Source of the DNA: Planctomycetota bacterium | Lineage (GTDB): Bacteria > Planctomycetota > Phycisphaerae > Sedimentisphaerales > Anaerobacaceae | Assembly: GCA_023135935.1 (NCBI GenBank) | Contig: JAGLSU010000089.1 | Span: 1 to 43,267, forward strand | Length of the DNA: 43,267 nucleotides | Reading direction: 5' to 3' | Shown: piece after piece, positions 41,969-43,267 of the stretch | Layout of the letters: every line of letters begins with the position of its first letter | How positions within the stretch are numbered: position 1 is the stretch's first letter | Made by a program: the position numbers and the translations under genes | Notes under the pieces: model-generated | Seen by the model: only the letters and a program-made list of their open reading frames with translations | Database searches by the model: none | What the model was told of the DNA's origin: nothing

Positions 41969-43267
41969 TTACAAAGTATGTATTTTAGCCGCCGGTGTCG
42001 GCAGCAGAATGGGGTCCCTGAGTCAACATGTCAACAAGGCAATTCTTCCAGTGCGATTTAAAGGGATTGTTTCTTATATCGTTGAAAAATTCCCGGAAGA
42101 CATGGAAATTGTCATAGCTGTGGGGCACAAAAAGGAAACTATAATAGACTACTTAGCCGTCGCACATCCGGAGAGGAAATTCACATTTGTGGAGGTTGAT
42201 AATTACTTCGGTCCCGGTACCGGGCCGGGCTATTCATTATTGCAATGCAAAGAAGCTCTGCAATGTCCCTTCATATTTTTTGCGGCTGATACAATAGTGC
42301 TCGAAGAAGTTCCTCCTCCTGACAAGAATTGGTTTGGTATTGCCGCAGTGAAAGACCCTGAAAAATATTGCACTGTCAAAATCAAAGACAACCTGGTTTA
42401 TGAGATTGACGACAAAGTTAAAACAAACAACAAGTTTGCTTTCATTGGTCTTGCTGGCGTATACGATTACGAGTTATTCTTTTCGGTTCTGGAAAAAAAC
42501 AAGAATCTTATCAGTGGAGAAATTCAGGTATCCAACGGTTTCAAATGTTTAATTGAGAAAAAACTTGTTCCAATCGGATTCACCTGGTTTGATACCGGGT
42601 CACTTAAGAATTACATCGAAACAAATAAAAATTTCTCCGGTAATGAGATGAAATTCGACTTTAGTAAGGGTGATGAGTTTTTGTACTTCGTCGATAACAA
42701 AGTAATTAAATACTTTGCTAATGCAGATATTGCCAAGAAAAGATGTGAGCGGGCGGAATTGCTAAAAGGCTTGTGCCCCAAGATAAAGGCGCATCGCAAC
42801 AATTTTTACTCATACGATAAAATCGACGGACAAACACTTTACAGCGTCCTGAATAACAAACTACTAAATGATTTCCTTAGCAGTGCAAAAACTAATCTTT
42901 GGAAAGAAACCGAACTCACAGAAGAACAGCAGGGAGAATTTTATGAAGCATGCAGAAAATTTTACTACATCAAAACTACCGAAAGATTAAAGATGTTTTT
43001 CGAAAAAACCGGGAGTACAGACCATGAAAATGTGATAAATGGAATTCCCGTCCCATCTACCAAAGAGCTTTTCTCGAAAATTGATTGGGAATATCTTTAT
43101 GAAGGTATCCCCACGACAATTCACGGTGACCTTCAATTCGATAATGTTCTTGTATCAAGGGACCAAATAAGCCAATTGGAGAAATTTACACTTCTCGACT
43201 GGCGGCAGGACTTTGGCGGCTTGATATATGTTGGCGACTTATATTATGATTTAGCCAAAATGTATGG
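41961..43267 (+). CDS. bifunctional sugar/alcohol-phosphate nucleotidyltransferase plus APH/choline-kinase-like kinase, partial (runs off window)
   Basis: Not in the track because there is no stop in the window. I hand-translated it as open from ATG 41961, which overlaps the previous stop, to the window end. N-terminal ILAAGVGSRMG is a nucleotidyltransferase signature, and C-terminal IHGDLQFDNVL is a Brenner kinase motif. The domain order resembles LicC-LicA fusions. Confidence 0.75.
   Translation, partial: MNDYKVCILAAGVGSRMGSLSQHVNKAILPVRFKGIVSYIVEKFPEDMEIVIAVGHKKETIIDYLAVAHPERKFTFVEVDNYFGPGTGPGYSLLQCKEALQCPFIFFAADTIVLEEVPPPDKNWFGIAAVKDPEKYCTVKIKDNLVYEIDDKVKTNNKFAFIGLAGVYDYELFFSVLEKNKNLISGEIQVSNGFKCLIEKKLVPIGFTWFDTGSLKNYIETNKNFSGNEMKFDFSKGDEFLYFVDNKVIKYFANADIAKKRCERAELLKGLCPKIKAHRNNFYSYDKIDGQTLYSVLNNKLLNDFLSSAKTNLWKETELTEEQQGEFYEACRKFYYIKTTERLKMFFEKTGSTDHENVINGIPVPSTKELFSKIDWEYLYEGIPTTIHGDLQFDNVLVSRDQISQLEKFTLLDWRQDFGGLIYVGDLYYDLAKMY

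Overview
This is a 43.3-kb, moderately A+T-rich chromosomal segment. I found no rRNA genes and no CRISPR array. Gene content suggests a PVC-superphylum (Planctomycetota/Phycisphaerae-like) or related uncultured diderm bacterium; this is inference only, from a dcw cluster that stops after ftsI, mreBCD-PBP2, many prepilin-type genes and an ORF6N protein.

Housekeeping blocks:
- proA-proB (minus strand) and tRNA-Gly(UCC).
- mraZ-rsmH-LysM protein-ftsL-like-ftsI (plus strand), converging with overlapping stop codons on mreB-mreC-mreD-PBP2 (minus strand).
- A minus-strand run of a coiled-coil membrane protein, a HEAT-repeat lipoprotein, lnt and an orphan beta-class DNA methyltransferase.
- tig-clpP-clpP-lipoprotein (minus strand), with a perfect 111-bp tandem duplication between tig and clpP.
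- tRNA-Gly(GCC), tRNA-Ser(UGA), rpsU, hflX and gpsA.
- A type IV filament cluster, pilM-pilN-pilO-(pilP-like)-pilB-pilT-pilC plus two pseudopilins, with no secretin or prepilin peptidase.
- tRNA-Val(GAC).
- A translationally coupled aroE-like / KdsC-like / nucleotidyltransferase-kinase operon that runs off the right edge.

Accessory patches:
- 17.1-18.9 kb: REP-like repeats, two small membrane proteins (one with a zinc ribbon) and an ORF6N protein.
- 23.1-26.5 kb, next to tRNA-Ser: a 5'-truncated orphan RHS tip with an unassigned C-terminal toxin, two paralogous lipoprotein immunity candidates, RHS core scraps and a RelE/ParE scrap.
- 37.46-39.97 kb: a 2.3-kb islet bounded by 190-bp direct repeats that begin exactly at the anticodon loop of tRNA-Val. 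It carries an ECF sigma / mini anti-sigma / signal-peptidase-I fusion operon and is followed by a truncated IS5-family OrfA.

The islet with its sigma-peptidase module and the RHS toxin/immunity locus are the best candidates for undescribed biology. All functional calls rest on motif recognition by eye; no database search was run.
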